Source of the DNA: Pecten maximus
Lineage: Eukaryota
NCBI RefSeq assembly: GCF_902652985.1
Contig: NC_047024.1
Coordinates: forward strand, 29,140,001 to 29,204,000
Direction of reading: 5' to 3'
DNA: 64,000 nucleotides
Positions 28,781 through 42,460 of the stretch are shown one piece after another. How positions within the stretch are numbered: the first letter of the stretch is position 1; the number at the start of each line of letters is the position of its first letter. The position numbers and the translations under genes are program-made. The notes under the pieces are model-generated. The model was given only the letters and a program-made list of their open reading frames with translations. It was not told the origin of the DNA and did no database searches.

Positions 28781-29317
28781 TTTGATAAAATTTACTTGAT
28801 ATAAAAAGGCAGGATTCCGTCATAAGCATTATATCGATAAAACATTCGTTGACACCTCATATCTCTCACAAGTAGCATTTGCTAAACAATACATGTACCG
28901 TTAAAGTCATGGTTTATGTTTTAAGATAATATCAAAATGTCTATGACAATATGAAGTCTCGTTTGTATTTTAATTTGGAAACATCGGATTTTTCCTCTTA
29001 TTGAGCTGGCGATATATCCATGTACGTAGCGTGTTATATAATTGAAATTGTCTGTGCTACCAAAGAGTAACACGAAAGTCTGTTGACTTACCCGACTACA
29101 ACTGAGGCTTTTAACATTCCTTTCCCTGTCTATCAGAAAATAGGTGTGTAATTGCATTAGCAATCATCCGCTACCACAAAATCAATACTTGCCATTACAT
29201 CCAATGAGAACCTGACTGCCCTATCAAACGCTTAATGGAAATTCTTAAATACATTAGTAAAGGTACATTTCAGTGAGTAATCGGAAATATTTTGTCCTAA
29301 TAACCACATAAGGAACA

Positions 29318-30634
29318 ATGAAGATTTGGCTTCTAATCCTGTCTGTGTCAGTGACAACCATAAATGGCGCAACGCATGAAGACTTGACTAGACTTCACCA
29401 AATGTTGATGACAAATTATAGTAAGGACTTGCGTCCAACATTTAACTTGTCGCAGCCAACAACAGTATATGTCGGATTTCAGTTGATATCGTTGAAAGAA
29501 TTTGAGGAAAAGAAAAGCAAATTTGCTGTTGTTGGTATGTTAATGATGGCGTGGCATGACTTTCAAATGCAATGGAATCCTGATGATTATGGTGGTATAG
29601 ACCACACGTTTCTTCCTCAGAGCTCTGTATGGAAACCTAACTTTGTTATGTTGAACCCGTATGATAAAATTGAGCTTCCGGGTTTTGACAGCCTAAATAT
29701 CAATGTTAATCACTATGGGTCAATGGTGTGGGCTCCGCCTGATGTTTACGCTGTCACGTGCTCAGCGGATGTTACATATTATCCGTTTGATCAGCAGACA
29801 TGTTCCATATACTTTAGTCCCTACATGTATACTGTAACCGATGTGATTCTTCAGCCATTGTCACCTGATATTACCTTAGATTATTACTACCCAGACAGTC
29901 TTTGGGAGATAAAAGACACCAGTTGTACTGTGGTAACTGAAATGAACTCTCAAACACTGGCACTGACGATGGTACTTAAACGACGACCAATGTTTCAAGT
30001 TATAAACACAATAGTACCTTTCTGTATTTTGGGACTGTTGAACATCATGGTGTTTCTTCTTCCGGCCGAGTCTGGTGAACGTATTGGGTTTTCTGTGACC
30101 GTTCTGCTAGCTATTGCTGTGTTTATGACCATCGTGTCGGACACTCTGCCTGGAACCAGTGAACCTTCTTTCCCTCGATTGTGTTATTTATTGACAGCGG
30201 AACTCTGTACCAATATGCTTGTGACTATTTCTACAATCTCGGTATTACGGATGTATCATAAACCCAAGCATCAAAAGATTCCAACTTGGTTACAATCCGT
30301 AATTTGCAAATGTGTTTGCGCAAACGCCAAAAATAAAATTGAGAAAAGAAAAATATCAAACAATGAACAGAAAAATCGAATGACCGTTTCTATTGAATCG
30401 GTTCTATCCAAACTTCCTGAATCAGAAAAAGTGATGGCGGTAAGTGAAAGGAATGAGGAATGGAACAGCGATGTTACGGTTAAAGGGAACAGTGATATCC
30501 AAGAAAAAGAAAAACATATTTGTGGTAAAACGTCATGGCAGAGTGTTGCACAATACCTCGACATCTTTCTTTTTGTTTTATTCATAGTCATTTTTTCATC
30601 AAACAAAATCGTTGCTTATTATGTATTTTCGTAA
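29318..30634 (+). CDS. Intronless nAChR-like Cys-loop receptor subunit (gene A), 438 aa, intact
   Basis: Signal peptide MKIWLLILSVSVTTING, NYSKDLRP, WKPN, Cys-loop CSADVTYYPFDQQTC, four TM helices, ESGERIGFSVTVLLA. No vicinal Cys in loop C. Confidence 0.96.
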   Translation: MKIWLLILSVSVTTINGATHEDLTRLHQMLMTNYSKDLRPTFNLSQPTTVYVGFQLISLKEFEEKKSKFAVVGMLMMAWHDFQMQWNPDDYGGIDHTFLPQSSVWKPNFVMLNPYDKIELPGFDSLNINVNHYGSMVWAPPDVYAVTCSADVTYYPFDQQTCSIYFSPYMYTVTDVILQPLSPDITLDYYYPDSLWEIKDTSCTVVTEMNSQTLALTMVLKRRPMFQVINTIVPFCILGLLNIMVFLLPAESGERIGFSVTVLLAIAVFMTIVSDTLPGTSEPSFPRLCYLLTAELCTNMLVTISTISVLRMYHKPKHQKIPTWLQSVICKCVCANAKNKIEKRKISNNEQKNRMTVSIESVLSKLPESEKVMAVSERNEEWNSDVTVKGNSDIQEKEKHICGKTSWQSVAQYLDIFLFVLFIVIFSSNKIVAYYVFS

Positions 30635-33129
30635 GAGGATACCCATCAACTTTATTATAAATGAAACATATATAAACATGTAGTTGTGACTTTCCAAAAC
30701 TATTCACGTTGAATTTAGGTGATTACCAAAAGCATTAATAAATGGATGTACCCTTCTGTATATACTGCTGTTACTTCGTCTGATTTATCATTATATCATG
30801 TTTAATAGTAACCATTACCGAGATCTGTATACAATCAATACCAAGCTATTGTCGATATCACCTTAGCTGTAGATAGGACGTGAAACAATACAAAACCAAA
30901 ACAAATCAATATTTCCAAAGCGGTATTATTGAGTGACCTTTTGCCGTGGGACGGAGTCTGACGTCTGTCAAATTTTCCTTAAAAATGGCTACAAGTTAGA
31001 AACAACTTAGATTTTGAAGCATCATTTGGTGAATGGGAACCAGTTCCTTCTGTATGAATAAAAGGATTCAGCCGAAAGGATAATCAAGCAAAGGGAAACA
31101 AAACAATGAACCAAATAGGAGAAATATAGCAATTTCTTTAAAATCATTGTTCTGTAGGGATTAAAGGATCTGGCTCCACAGATCTTTGGGCGACGGAAAA
31201 ATAATTTGTATCTACGGTTAGTCTGGGTCCTAGGAAACTGAGGGACAGAATTATATGGGGAAATATAGCAACGACATTATGTCGCAAGGTTGAACAGTCA
31301 ACTGACCACAGGTTAAAGGTTATGATTAAATTTTGTATCTTTCCACTGATGAACATTTTCATGACATGAACTAATTGGAACAAATGTTAAGGTCACTGGG
31401 TCAATGCTTTAAGGTCGGTTAATGTGTTGTTCACTGATGACATTTCGTCATAACATTATGAAACAAATTTTGTCTGAGTTAAACATAGTGTCTACTGACC
31501 ACTGATTAAGGTTACTGTGTTCAAGGTCAAATGTTCACTTTTCAATCTTTTATGAAATTATGAAGCAAAGTTGGTTTCAGCATCGATAATTTAAAAATTC
31601 ATTTCAAATTTGTTAGCATCTTAGTGAAGCAAAAACCCATTTTTATACACTCTGGTATGTCTCGAAAAGTGGAAAGAATTCAAAGTTTTCGTCATGAGAG
31701 AACCTCAACTAAAGGCAAAAGGTGAGGCAGTGTCAAGGGAAAAAGTAGGAGGAATCCAATTACTAGAAAGAAGTGAAAATATAAGATCCCAAAATTATTT
31801 GGCTCTTGCGATGCAATTGGACAGCAGGTACAATTCTTACTATCTACCAGCAGGGCAGGTTTGGATAATACATAAATTACTAAATCATTTTTTCACTTTT
31901 TGTAAGCCAATTCATACTGTTGTAAGCATGAAACATATATATAGATAAATAAAGTGTGTGAACAAAGCTTGATCATTTTTTAATGTCTATAAACGCATCT
32001 AGGTATCCCTTTTGTATATGTCCCAAAGGGGTGTTGGATAATGCGAGTTTTAGATCGATATATCAAGACATACACAATAAATATAAAAACAGTGAGACAT
32101 GTTTACTTTGTTTCCATTAGTAACTAATAGTGCCATTACCCATATTACCCCAAGCATACTATTCCACCCTTCATTAATCACATACATTGACATACCTCTT
32201 TAACTATTTGAATAGGGAATTCTGAATTCTAGTAGACAATGTAAACATTATTCGATTCCATTTGTAGTTTGATTCGTGTTGACTGTCTGGAATTACAAAA
32301 GCTCACATAACAAAGCTAGCATGGAAAATGATGATATAGCTGGTATACTAATGGTGTCGTTAATGTGTTTTAAGTGCCTTCATATATCGATGTTTACTTA
32401 TCTCTGTGGTGCCCATTCTCTTCTTGTTTTGTATCAATAGCAATTATTACTGATATTGATATTTCAGATAATTTGTTGGAATGATAACACTGATGAATAT
32501 CATTTTAAGTGACGTGTGTAAATATATATTGATAAAACATAAATATATTTCATCATATCAAATGTTTCCCTAATGTTATCCATCTTTATAATGTTCATGT
32601 TTATTCTCTATTGCTGTTACTGTACTGTGACAGCACTGTAAACAGTCATACAAAGAGCCAGTAATTATGGGATTACGTTGGAGTCGCCTTTGATCGAGAC
32701 GTAAAGAGAGGGGTTTTATTTTTTATAACTGCGACAAAAGCAAGTAATATATCTAATTGATTTTACATCATGAAACTATAACGACATTGCAAAATCATAT
32801 ATTATCATACAGGCGAAATTACGAAAAAATGCAATGGGCAATTGGTTTGTCGGACATCCTTACATCACCACACAATGAAAATAAAAACGGAAGAGCTAAC
32901 AGAAACTTGTCAATCAATGGCTATTATCTTGACTATGCTCCAACTGATAATATGATAAATGCGTTATTCCCAAACAGCCTGCTTTCTTATCATTTTATTT
33001 TATCTTATTTTATTTTCGTTTATCTTCTGGTTCCAGGTCGATCTCCACTTTGTGCGAAATACATGTATGTGGTGAATGTGTATGTTTTGGGAGGTTGCAA
33101 TATGTTCGTGTTTGTCTTCTTTTGATATT

Positions 33130-33235
33130 ATGGTACTGATGTTGACTTGATTATGCTACCTCACTGAGGCGGAGACATCCAACAGGACACCACACTTTGT
33201 CACATAATACTGACAACGGGCAAGCCAGTGTTCTA
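33130..33235 (-). mobile_element. Decayed SINE fragment (same family as 25055 and 50440)
   Basis: TGCTACCTCACTGA...GTCACATAATACTGACAACGGGCAA is the reverse complement of TTGCCCGTTGTCAGTATAGTGTGAC seen at 50466. Confidence 0.6.
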
Positions 33236-35739
33236 AACATGTTGCCGATACAAGTCATCCTATTCTAGATCAGATTCAAATTAGAGTTCTCAGCATGAAG
33301 CTTTATATGTCATCGCAGGGAACAAATCACATCATTCATTTAGTTAAGCTAAGGTTATATTACAGTAAATAGAGCAATTTTGCTCGTACTCCATCGAATA
33401 CAGAAAATAAAGCAATGTTTGTACTCCATGGAATGTTCCCACTACTAATTTTTATATATACCAGGTAATGACCTTTGCTTAGATAACGAAGGAAAAATCG
33501 GGAAAGATAACGTTATTTGGCCATGGTCCCTTTGTCGCTACGTAATAACAAAAAGTGGGGTTTTTTTCTCCTACTGCTTCCAATTAGAGTCGGACTCTCC
33601 GCTTGCACAAAAATGAACCCTATTGAACACGGGATGTTGTAGACTTATGATTATTTCATCAACCTCCTCTGCATCCAGGGAGACCAGACTTCGTTGATAT
33701 AGTTAAATTTTGATCAAATGTCTTTATTCGTACAAACGTTAACCTCTATTTAAACGAGACCAACCCGAAAATATATCGCATCCCCCCAAAATACACACAA
33801 ATGCATCTCGTATATAGGTGAGGCAGTCCGTAAATGACAAAAGCTGTTTACATGACGATAAACAATAAAAACGCATTTTATTAACACCTGATCCGTGTTT
33901 TCTACTATTTTTTGGTATTAAGCTCTCGTGTTATAGATTTTGAAATATCAGAATTGATTATTTATCAGCTTTATATAAATTTAATTCATATATATAATAA
34001 AGTATTTTCCCATTTCAACATTTTATATGACACGTACACTGGATACTGAGCTCGGCCCGGTACATTAATGATGTATAAAACTATTGAGCAGTAACATTGT
34101 ATTATCAAATAAGGAAAGAAAACTAATTTTGAAATGGTTATTGATCTGAGCAGTATTTTGGAATCATACATTGTAGTTAGCAGTTGCCTTGTTAATTATT
34201 TTAAAACATATTGGAGTATTTTATTTAACGTATGATTTTCTAGTTAATTGTGCCACGTATGACGTTATTTTTTTTTTTTTATTTATTTACTTCTTTTTTT
34301 TTTTATTCTTTTTTTTTATTTAGTTTTAAGCAAAATCTAACCTTTAACTTTGGCAGAGATGTTAATTGGTTGAGAACGGTCAAGGAGATTTACTGTCTTT
34401 ATACCGAGGTAAATGCTTTTATGAAGCTAGAAACTTGTTGGAAAGATTGACATTAAAAAAACCTGCAACTAATAATACGACAACATCGTTTGTTAACTCA
34501 CCAGAAATTACTAGGTATCCCTATGACGTTACAGTGATTATTATCTTCACATAAAATATATGATAGGCTTATTTCTGGGTTTAACATATTTAGTGTATTA
34601 TTGCATTGTTTATCATTTTGCATGAATTATATAATTCTAGTTCTCCGTATGAAAACAAACGATATCAGTCCAGTAGCAATATTCGGGATTTAGGTTGAAT
34701 GTCAATTTTCCACTGCACGCAGAGATATAATATGGTTGTTTTCACTTAATAATGCCATATTCTGTACTACTGTAAAGGAAGAGCATACACAATGTAAAAA
34801 TTGTACCTGCCAACGCATTATAGTGACATTATATAGACACTATAGGTAGGATTTTACGCTGGATTATTAACAAGGAGGCAGAATTCAGTTTTTGGCAGAT
34901 GTTAAACTGAAGGCCAAAGATGAGGCAGTATCAATGACTAAGATTCAAGGAATGCTGTTTGATATCGTTGTACGTCCTGTTTACACATTAACTTTAAATG
35001 GCATTAATCAGAGAAAGTTTTTACAACATTTAGTTAGTTGCTACATTAAGGTCATAGGGGCCAAACATTGTAAAGTTTTGATCATATACCAAAGCATAGC
35101 AAGTCTAAACATTCTTTTCAAAGCTGTTAGCATATAGCAAAATTTCAACTATCTTTACGCTGCTTGCTTGTATCACAAGATTTGAGTGGCCATGGCCATT
35201 TTCTTTTCTTTCTTTCTAACTATAAGAAACTATATGTTTCGTTAGTTTGATATTGCTTTTTTGTACATTTTGCACATTTTTCTCACCGTATTCTGTACGA
35301 GTGTTAATTGTCAGCTAGGAGTCAATTAATGATGAATTAATAGATAAATATATATAAAATGTCAGAGAGTGATTCCATGTGTCCGTTAACAACAAACAGT
35401 GGATACACAAGCTTCAGGTTTTAGGTTATCTCCCGTTGACCAGTGTGCACCAACTTGGAACAATGGCATATTTCAACTGTCAGATAGTTACGGTTAATGA
35501 TAATTAAACCGTGTATGAACCCGGTCCAGCCATCATATAAGCAGAACTATTCCGAGAAAAGAGTATTTTAATACATCTTGGACTTATCCTTGAACTTGGA
35601 TTCTTTATTCTTCTTGTTATTTAATTATTAGAGGACAGTGCAAAAGATATTTGGAATATCTCAAAACAAGCTTAGTTATGGATACAGTACGGCCAAAATG
35701 GATTAAACTGCTTATAGTTGTTTTGTCTTTCCAGTGCTT

Positions 35740-35997
35740 GTCAGTGATGCTGATGACCCTAAGTGCCTAGAATGCGAACACAGAACTCAAATATGGGTCA
35801 AAATAAATGTCAAAATCAGGATTGGGAGTTACAAAAACCCATGAATCAATCAATAAACATTTCCCATCGTCAGTGATGCTGATGACCTTAAGTGCCTAGA
35901 ATGCGAACACAGAACTCAAATATGGGTCAAAATAAATGTCAAAATCAGGATTGGGAGTTACAAAGACCCATGAATCAATCAATAAACATTTCCCATC
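35740..35997. repeat. 129-bp tandem duplication (2 copies, 2 mismatches)
   Basis: 35740-35868 versus 35869-35997, GTCAGTGATGCTGATGACC...AATAAACATTTCCCATC. Confidence 0.95.
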
Positions 35998-37125
35998 GGA
36001 ACATGAGCTATAAATTTGTTTAGGCCATCACTGATTGTTCAATGGACACTTTCACTGAAATAACACACAAATGGACATGGCAGCCGTGTACGTGAATATA
36101 ATTTTTTTTCAGATTGATTTATACATATATTAAAACAGCAAGATTATTAAATGCACTCTTTTATTGGAACAAAAAAAGTACGTCTGGCTATCAATCTTGA
36201 AATATTTAATAAAATTCATAACTTGTACATTTTATTGTCTTAAATTATAATAAAGTACAAGTTATTGAACCCGGATTCACCTGCACAAATGCTAAAACAT
36301 ACAGTTTAGAATAGAATAGCAATCGATATAGATGCTAGATAAAAATTTGATACTGTCAAGAAAAACTAAAGAAATTAAGAACTCCAATGGTTATAAAAAA
36401 CAGTATTGACATAAATCGACGATGTCACCTTTCTTTTTTCCTCTCTTTTGATTCTTAAAGTATAACTACTCAATGCAGAATTAATAAATTGATGGAATTC
36501 CGGAAATCTCTCATGTCAAAAATTTACATTTCCTGCTTAAGATTAATTGATGTTCGACGAATGTTGTTAATAGTCTTTCACACTTTCACACGTAAAAATA
36601 TATACAGGTCTTAAATATGCAAGACGTGACTACATACATCACGTGGTGCTTAACTAGATATATAGATCTAATCTATTTACTTACATTCTAATTATAAAAA
36701 AAACTCTTCAGCATATTCTCTTCTTTCTACGAAATCTACTGATATTGAACATGAAAGACGTCTTACCGTCAATAATGATGTATTGGTCCATTAGCTCTTT
36801 CCTTGTGATCATTTCCACATTTCGCTTATTAACAAGAATGACAAAAAAAATAAAGGAATATTCTCGGATTCAAATAATAAACTCGAAAACTGTATGCTTT
36901 TTTTTTTTTTTTTTTTAGCCTTAATTGGAATCACCCGGATATCAACATCCGATAAAGTAGAGTTTAGTGCTTGCAATTGTAAATTTACTGATAGACGATA
37001 CAACAACTGTCACGATATACATAGGTTCTCATCTGTTCAAGCACATGTTTCTGCAAAACATGGTTTGGCTATAGCAACTAAAGAACAGTATGTGTGTATT
37101 TACAGTGAAGACGAAAAAAAAAGTT

Positions 37126-38430
37126 TTATGTAAATATAAAATAAGCAGCTATTTTACTTGATCCGAAAATTAATATGAACAAAACAAAGAAAAATACATC
37201 GAGAAATTTTGCCACATCCTGCCATGATGTTTCACAATAAATGTGCTTTCTTTTTGTTTGCATCATTCCGTTTCCATTGCAGTTGCATTTGTGATCCCTC
37301 TTGTTTTCTATCTCGGCACCATCGAATTCCTGAATTTTAGTCACAGCTGTTTCATTACGGATATTGTTTTCTCTGTTCAGATGTTTGTTGTTTTCCTCGA
37401 TTTGCTTTTCGGTTTCTTTAATGTTGCCCCAAAAACTTTTACAAATGATATATGTCAACCAAGATGGAATCTTCTGGTGCTGGGGTTTATGATGCAGTCT
37501 TAATACTAAAATAGTACAAATTGTCACAAGCATATTGATACCAAGTTCTGCTATCAAGAGATAACATAATCGAGGGAAAGAAGGCTCACTGGTTCCAGGC
37601 AGAGTGTCCGCCACGATAGTCATAAACACAGCAATAGCTAGCAGAACGGTAACGGAAAATCCAACACGTTCACCGGACTCAGCCGGAAGAAGAAACACCA
37701 TGATGTTCAACAGGCCCAAAATACAGAAAGGTACAATTGTGTTTATAACTTGAAACATTGGTCGTCGCTGGAAGACCATAGTCAGTGACAGTGTCTGGGA
37801 AGCCATGATAGTTGAGACATGAGTATTAGCAACTTTCATTTCCCATAGAGTGTTTGGTGTATAATAATACATGTCAATTTCGGAACGTTCTGGTTCCAAA
37901 AACACTTCAAACACTGAATACATGTACATACTGAAATAAAATGAACACGTTTGTTGATCGAACGGATAGTATGTGACGTCAGCTGGACACGTAATGTCAT
38001 ACACATCTAGAGGGGACCAGAATACATATCCCTCTTTACTTACAAGGACTTTCAGCTTGTCAAAGCCTTGAGGTTCAATTTTCTCAAATGGATTCAAAAG
38101 TAAAATATCTGGCTTCCACACCTCATTCTGTGAAAACATCATACGATCAATGCCACCAAAGTCATCAGGGTTCCATTCCAATTGAAAGTCATGCCAGAAC
38201 ATTGCAAAGAATCCAACAATAGAAAATTTGCTCTTCTTTTCTTCGAATTCCTTCAATGAGAGAAGATAAAATCCGATATTCACTTTTGTTGGCTCCGAGA
38301 GATTCAAGGTTGGGCGGAATTTCGTGCTGTAATTCGTCATCAAGTGTTGATGTAGTCTTGTCAGATCTCCATGCATTGCTCCGTATATCGTTGTGAATGA
38401 CATTGAGAGAAAAACTAGTAACGGCACCAT
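37126..38430 (-). CDS. Intronless nAChR-like Cys-loop receptor subunit (gene B), 434 aa, intact
   Basis: Signal peptide, WKPDILLLNP, Cys-loop CPADVTYYPFDQQTC, ESGERVGFSVTVLLA, four TM helices. Confidence 0.96.
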   Translation of the reverse strand: MVPLLVFLSMSFTTIYGAMHGDLTRLHQHLMTNYSTKFRPTLNLSEPTKVNIGFYLLSLKEFEEKKSKFSIVGFFAMFWHDFQLEWNPDDFGGIDRMMFSQNEVWKPDILLLNPFEKIEPQGFDKLKVLVSKEGYVFWSPLDVYDITCPADVTYYPFDQQTCSFYFSMYMYSVFEVFLEPERSEIDMYYYTPNTLWEMKVANTHVSTIMASQTLSLTMVFQRRPMFQVINTIVPFCILGLLNIMVFLLPAESGERVGFSVTVLLAIAVFMTIVADTLPGTSEPSFPRLCYLLIAELGINMLVTICTILVLRLHHKPQHQKIPSWLTYIICKSFWGNIKETEKQIEENNKHLNRENNIRNETAVTKIQEFDGAEIENKRDHKCNCNGNGMMQTKRKHIYCETSWQDVAKFLDVFFFVLFILIFGSSKIAAYFIFT

Positions 38431-39400
38431 GCTTTCCTGTGTCGTTTGGGTATATCAAACAGTAGCATAACCTGTTTCATAAAAACATTACTAATCAATA
38501 TGATTCTGAGCTACATTGGATATTTTGTATGTTTTGTTATTGGCCAACAAGCACAAGACAATTCCCTCGCTTTATGAGATCGATAAACAACATAATGCCG
38601 CTTTCACACTCACTTTTAATGGGTAATCTATGTTTAATAGGAAACATATATTCTCTCACACTTAACAGGTTCCCATTTGCCTTTTATTCTGAAAAAATCA
38701 TGACTAACAGGTGATGAAGTTATCACTTTATACGCCATGATTATATCACAATCAAGTCATGTTCATGACATATCATATTACGGCCTACATCACGTACAAT
38801 ATCTAACAGAAAATTGTCAGAGAGAAATAATATATGTTAAATCAAAAACTTAAAGCGTTACAAAATACGATACAACATCAAACAAACAAAACCCATGTCT
38901 AGTTTAAAACAAAAACGTGGCGATGGTTACTCAAATTTTGTGAAACAGACCAACAGTTTTTAGATACTTCAAAATTTTGTATACTTGTGTAATGTAGATA
39001 CGACATCTAACGACAAGAACAACATACGATATATGTTTGTTTTACGAAAGGAGGAGTGCCATTTTGGGCCTTCTGGGGGCTATCAATTGTACGTTTTATT
39101 ATATATATATTATATATATATACATAGAAACCTTGAGGTAAGATGGTATGACACTAAATTAAGGTCAGAGATCATTTCATGAGGGGTAAAATTGATGGTC
39201 AATTTTCCGACTATATTAATATATATACTATTTTGTGCCTTACAACACTTAAGAATAATATATTAATCAGCCTGATATAGCACATCCAACTGCCTTATTA
39301 ATAGGGTATCTCACTTGAGTGAATGATGCAATGATGACTGAGTACTGGTCAAAGTCTGAAAGTGACAGTGAATGAAGGTCACGCATTCTTACTTGTCGTT

Positions 39401-39530
39401 GGGGACGCGGGGCCGAGTGGTTAAGGTGCCCCGACACTTTATCACTGGGTTACGAGTTCGAAACCTACGTGGGGCAGTTGCCATGTGATGACCGCAGGCC
39501 GGTGGTTTTTCTCCGGGTACTCAGGCTCCT
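39401..39530 (+). mobile_element. tRNA-derived SINE (V-SINE-like), 5' part
   Basis: A box GGCCGAGTGG, B box GAGTTCGAAAC, followed by the V-domain-like GGTGGTTTTTCTCCGGGTACTC. Paralogous to 61254-61428. Confidence 0.75.
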
Positions 39531-40934
39531 GAGGGTGTCCTTTTGATCTTGTATTTGCCCCTTAATGACTGAAATTGTGTAGGGGCCATACAATATTACA
39601 ATACAAGTGCACACTATGAACGTGTATGAATGGCTCGTTTAAATGCCTTCATTCCCAATTGTTTCATGAAAATGACATCAATTATACTTCATGCAAAGAA
39701 ACTTGTTCAATTCTGTTGCATTCCTTTCTTTCCAAATCGATTCATTCAGATAGAATTCAGATAAGAGGTACATTCTTTCAAATGGTTCCATTAAAGATGA
39801 AAAGTTTTATTACTCAGAACTAGTAAATGTATCGATTTCCATTAATACCATTAAACTATGTATTAGATAGTCTTTTGAAATATATGCTTCATGGCTGCAA
39901 TACAAACAGGGTGTAATCCCTTTTTAAATTGTAGTACGTTCAAATCGGATATATTTTAAAGCCAACAAAAGACAGCAGATGCTGTAATTGCATGGTAAGT
40001 ACTTGGTGTATAACTAGTATTTACTTGTCGTAACTATCGTTGAATCCTTGTGTATCAATAATATTGTCGAAATTGTGTCCATTGTCTTCGTTTTGTTAGA
40101 TCAATATACCAAGTATACTGTAATTCAAACCATTTCAGTCGATTTGTTGGATTTTGTTGTCACAAATTTCACATAGAGCGACCCAAGAGCCATGAATCGC
40201 TGAGGTTAAATACGTATTTGAGACTTGTGATCTTGAAATTGTCCAAATTCATTTCACTTGAACGAACTTGGTAGCCCTGTGTCTCAGCTAGCCACTTAGG
40301 TAATATGACCGTGGATTCCCAGCATGCTACTGAACCAAAATGAAGATCTTAGTCTTTTTTCTTACTAGTAAATGGTTTAAATACGTACAAATAAATGCGA
40401 TACACTTGTTCAACTCTCTTAGAAACTGGAGAAACGTGCTGTCAATTCTTCTCTTTATACACGTACCGTTGATGAAGTATTCAGTGTGGCTAATCAGGTA
40501 CTCTTGGAAGATTTATAGAGCAAGTGTTAATGGCCATGCTTCGGTATTGGAACTCTTCGGTGTTTTAGATATCGAAGTCGGAACATTTAGAAATGAGGAA
40601 ACGTTGATACACGAATGCGATTAGTCGTATTAATCAAAATACAAAAATGTAATTATTTACAGATGATTTCCAAAGGCATAGGGTATCGTGCAGAACATTT
40701 TCTGTTGTACATACAAGTTTGTAGATTTAACACTTTGGTAAAACAACCGTCCTACTCGTTGCCCTGACAGCTGATCCAAGCTAGGATGACAAAGTGCAAG
40801 TTGAAATTTTAAGATTTTACATTCCTACCTCGTATTGATTGATGTTGTTTTATCATATCTGATCACTTTAAACATAGGAAAACTAACAAAAACACTGAAA
40901 AACACAGAATTAGGCCTTTGTGTCAGACTGTAGA

Positions 40935-41440
40935 TACAGCATGGCCGACAGGTGGCCAACTTGTATTTTGACAATTGAAGTTTGTTATCGCTATTCCTCA
41001 AAAAGCATTAAAAGAATCTTCCTCAAATTTCATATGTAGGTTTCCCTTGATCTCTAAGCATATTCCGGTATATGACCAACCTGTCAACAACATGGCAAAC
41101 ACACAGCCATCTAGGATTTTGACAATGAGAACTTTATCAGCGATGCCTTAAAGTACAAAATGGCTATCTTGGGTCTTACATTTTAGTGTGGTGGCTCCAC
41201 GTGGTCTCCAGCTGTGCGGTCTGATTAAAAGAACTAGTATACTAAACAGATGGTTGACAAATAGCATAATCTTTCTGGATTTTGACAGTTGTGGGTTGCT
41301 CGTGCAATAAAATGTAAAATAAAGTTAATAAATGTTTTAAAAGAAGAGTGATTGAAGGGGAAAGAAGAGAAATGGTCAGTCTTTCATTTGACTGTAAGGA
41401 TCATTCAATGGTGGGTGCCACTCTGGGGTCTCTTGTTTTT
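40935..41440. repeat. Decayed repeat with three ~155-bp internal units (Helentron/HINE-like)
   Basis: ATGG...GCCA(A/T)CT...ATTTTGACA(A/G)T recurs at ~40941, ~41092 and ~41251. Confidence 0.4.
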
Positions 41441-42460
41441 GTTGAAGCCCTCGCCACTATCTGGGTCATACTGATTCCAAGTTTTGTTATACTGCATACT
41501 GAACAGGTTACAACACCGTAACACTAAATTCCATATTTGTCTTTTTCGTCGTTCTTCAAATATATTGATTGCTGTAATGTATAGAATAAAGGAGCCAAAG
41601 CATGCGTAGCTGGCAATGCATCTGAATGAAATTGCCACGCGTGAAACTTAATGTGGCTTGTAATGAATTTGACAAAAAAACCTTCAAAAAGAATTATCTG
41701 AATGTCAGTACTGCAAGGTGACACGCATCGAAATAAACATCACACACAAAATAACACATCAATAGGAGTTTAATGTTTATTAATTTGCAAAAAAAAAGCA
41801 CTGGTGTCTAACAATAAGTAAAAGTGATTTTTTCCTAAAATATGTACATTTGTAGCTTGCGAAGAAAACAAATGTGGTAATGTTCACGTTATAGGGAAAA
41901 GCGCCGAGATGACATGTCCTCGCACGTCTCCTAAATGGTCATTCTTGCATCACATATTCTTTATTACTAAAGCGGGAGGATCAGATTTAGCACATAGCAT
42001 GCGACGAACTATTAACGATGAAACACATTTTGTTTGGCTGCATTGAACTACAAACAATACAAGATACAAATCATAACAACGGTAATATCTATATTTGTGA
42101 CTATCAACATTAAGATTATTTGAAATATCTTAACTTATTTTAAAAAAAATCTTATCTAATCATTGTCTCTTTGTTTTACTGTACGCTGCATGTGGTCTTG
42201 TTGATACCTTGTCCGTTTATAAATGACAGTAGCTGTGAACGTTAAAACGATACCCAACCAACCAACCTTGTCTTCTGGCGTTTGCGTGATATTGTTCGAG
42301 TATATTTATATTGGCTTTTACCTTTTTGTTGTTTTTGATATTTCATTTTTACATACATGATCAACAATTTATTGAACAAAGGAATAAAATTAACGATGTA
42401 ATTGGTTCCTTAATAGTAAAATATCCCCTTGCGTGTCACTATATTCTATATTCTGTGTGG

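Noticed and set aside
31694-35137. Paralogous small ORFs (LKAKGEAVS / LKAKDEAVS)
   Set aside because: The similarity is limited to a ~30-bp segment that is the reverse complement of the repeat at ~49698. These are repeat remnants, not genes.
39401-39480. tRNA gene
   Set aside because: A and B boxes are present but there is no complete cloverleaf, and the sequence continues into a SINE body shared with 61254-61428.
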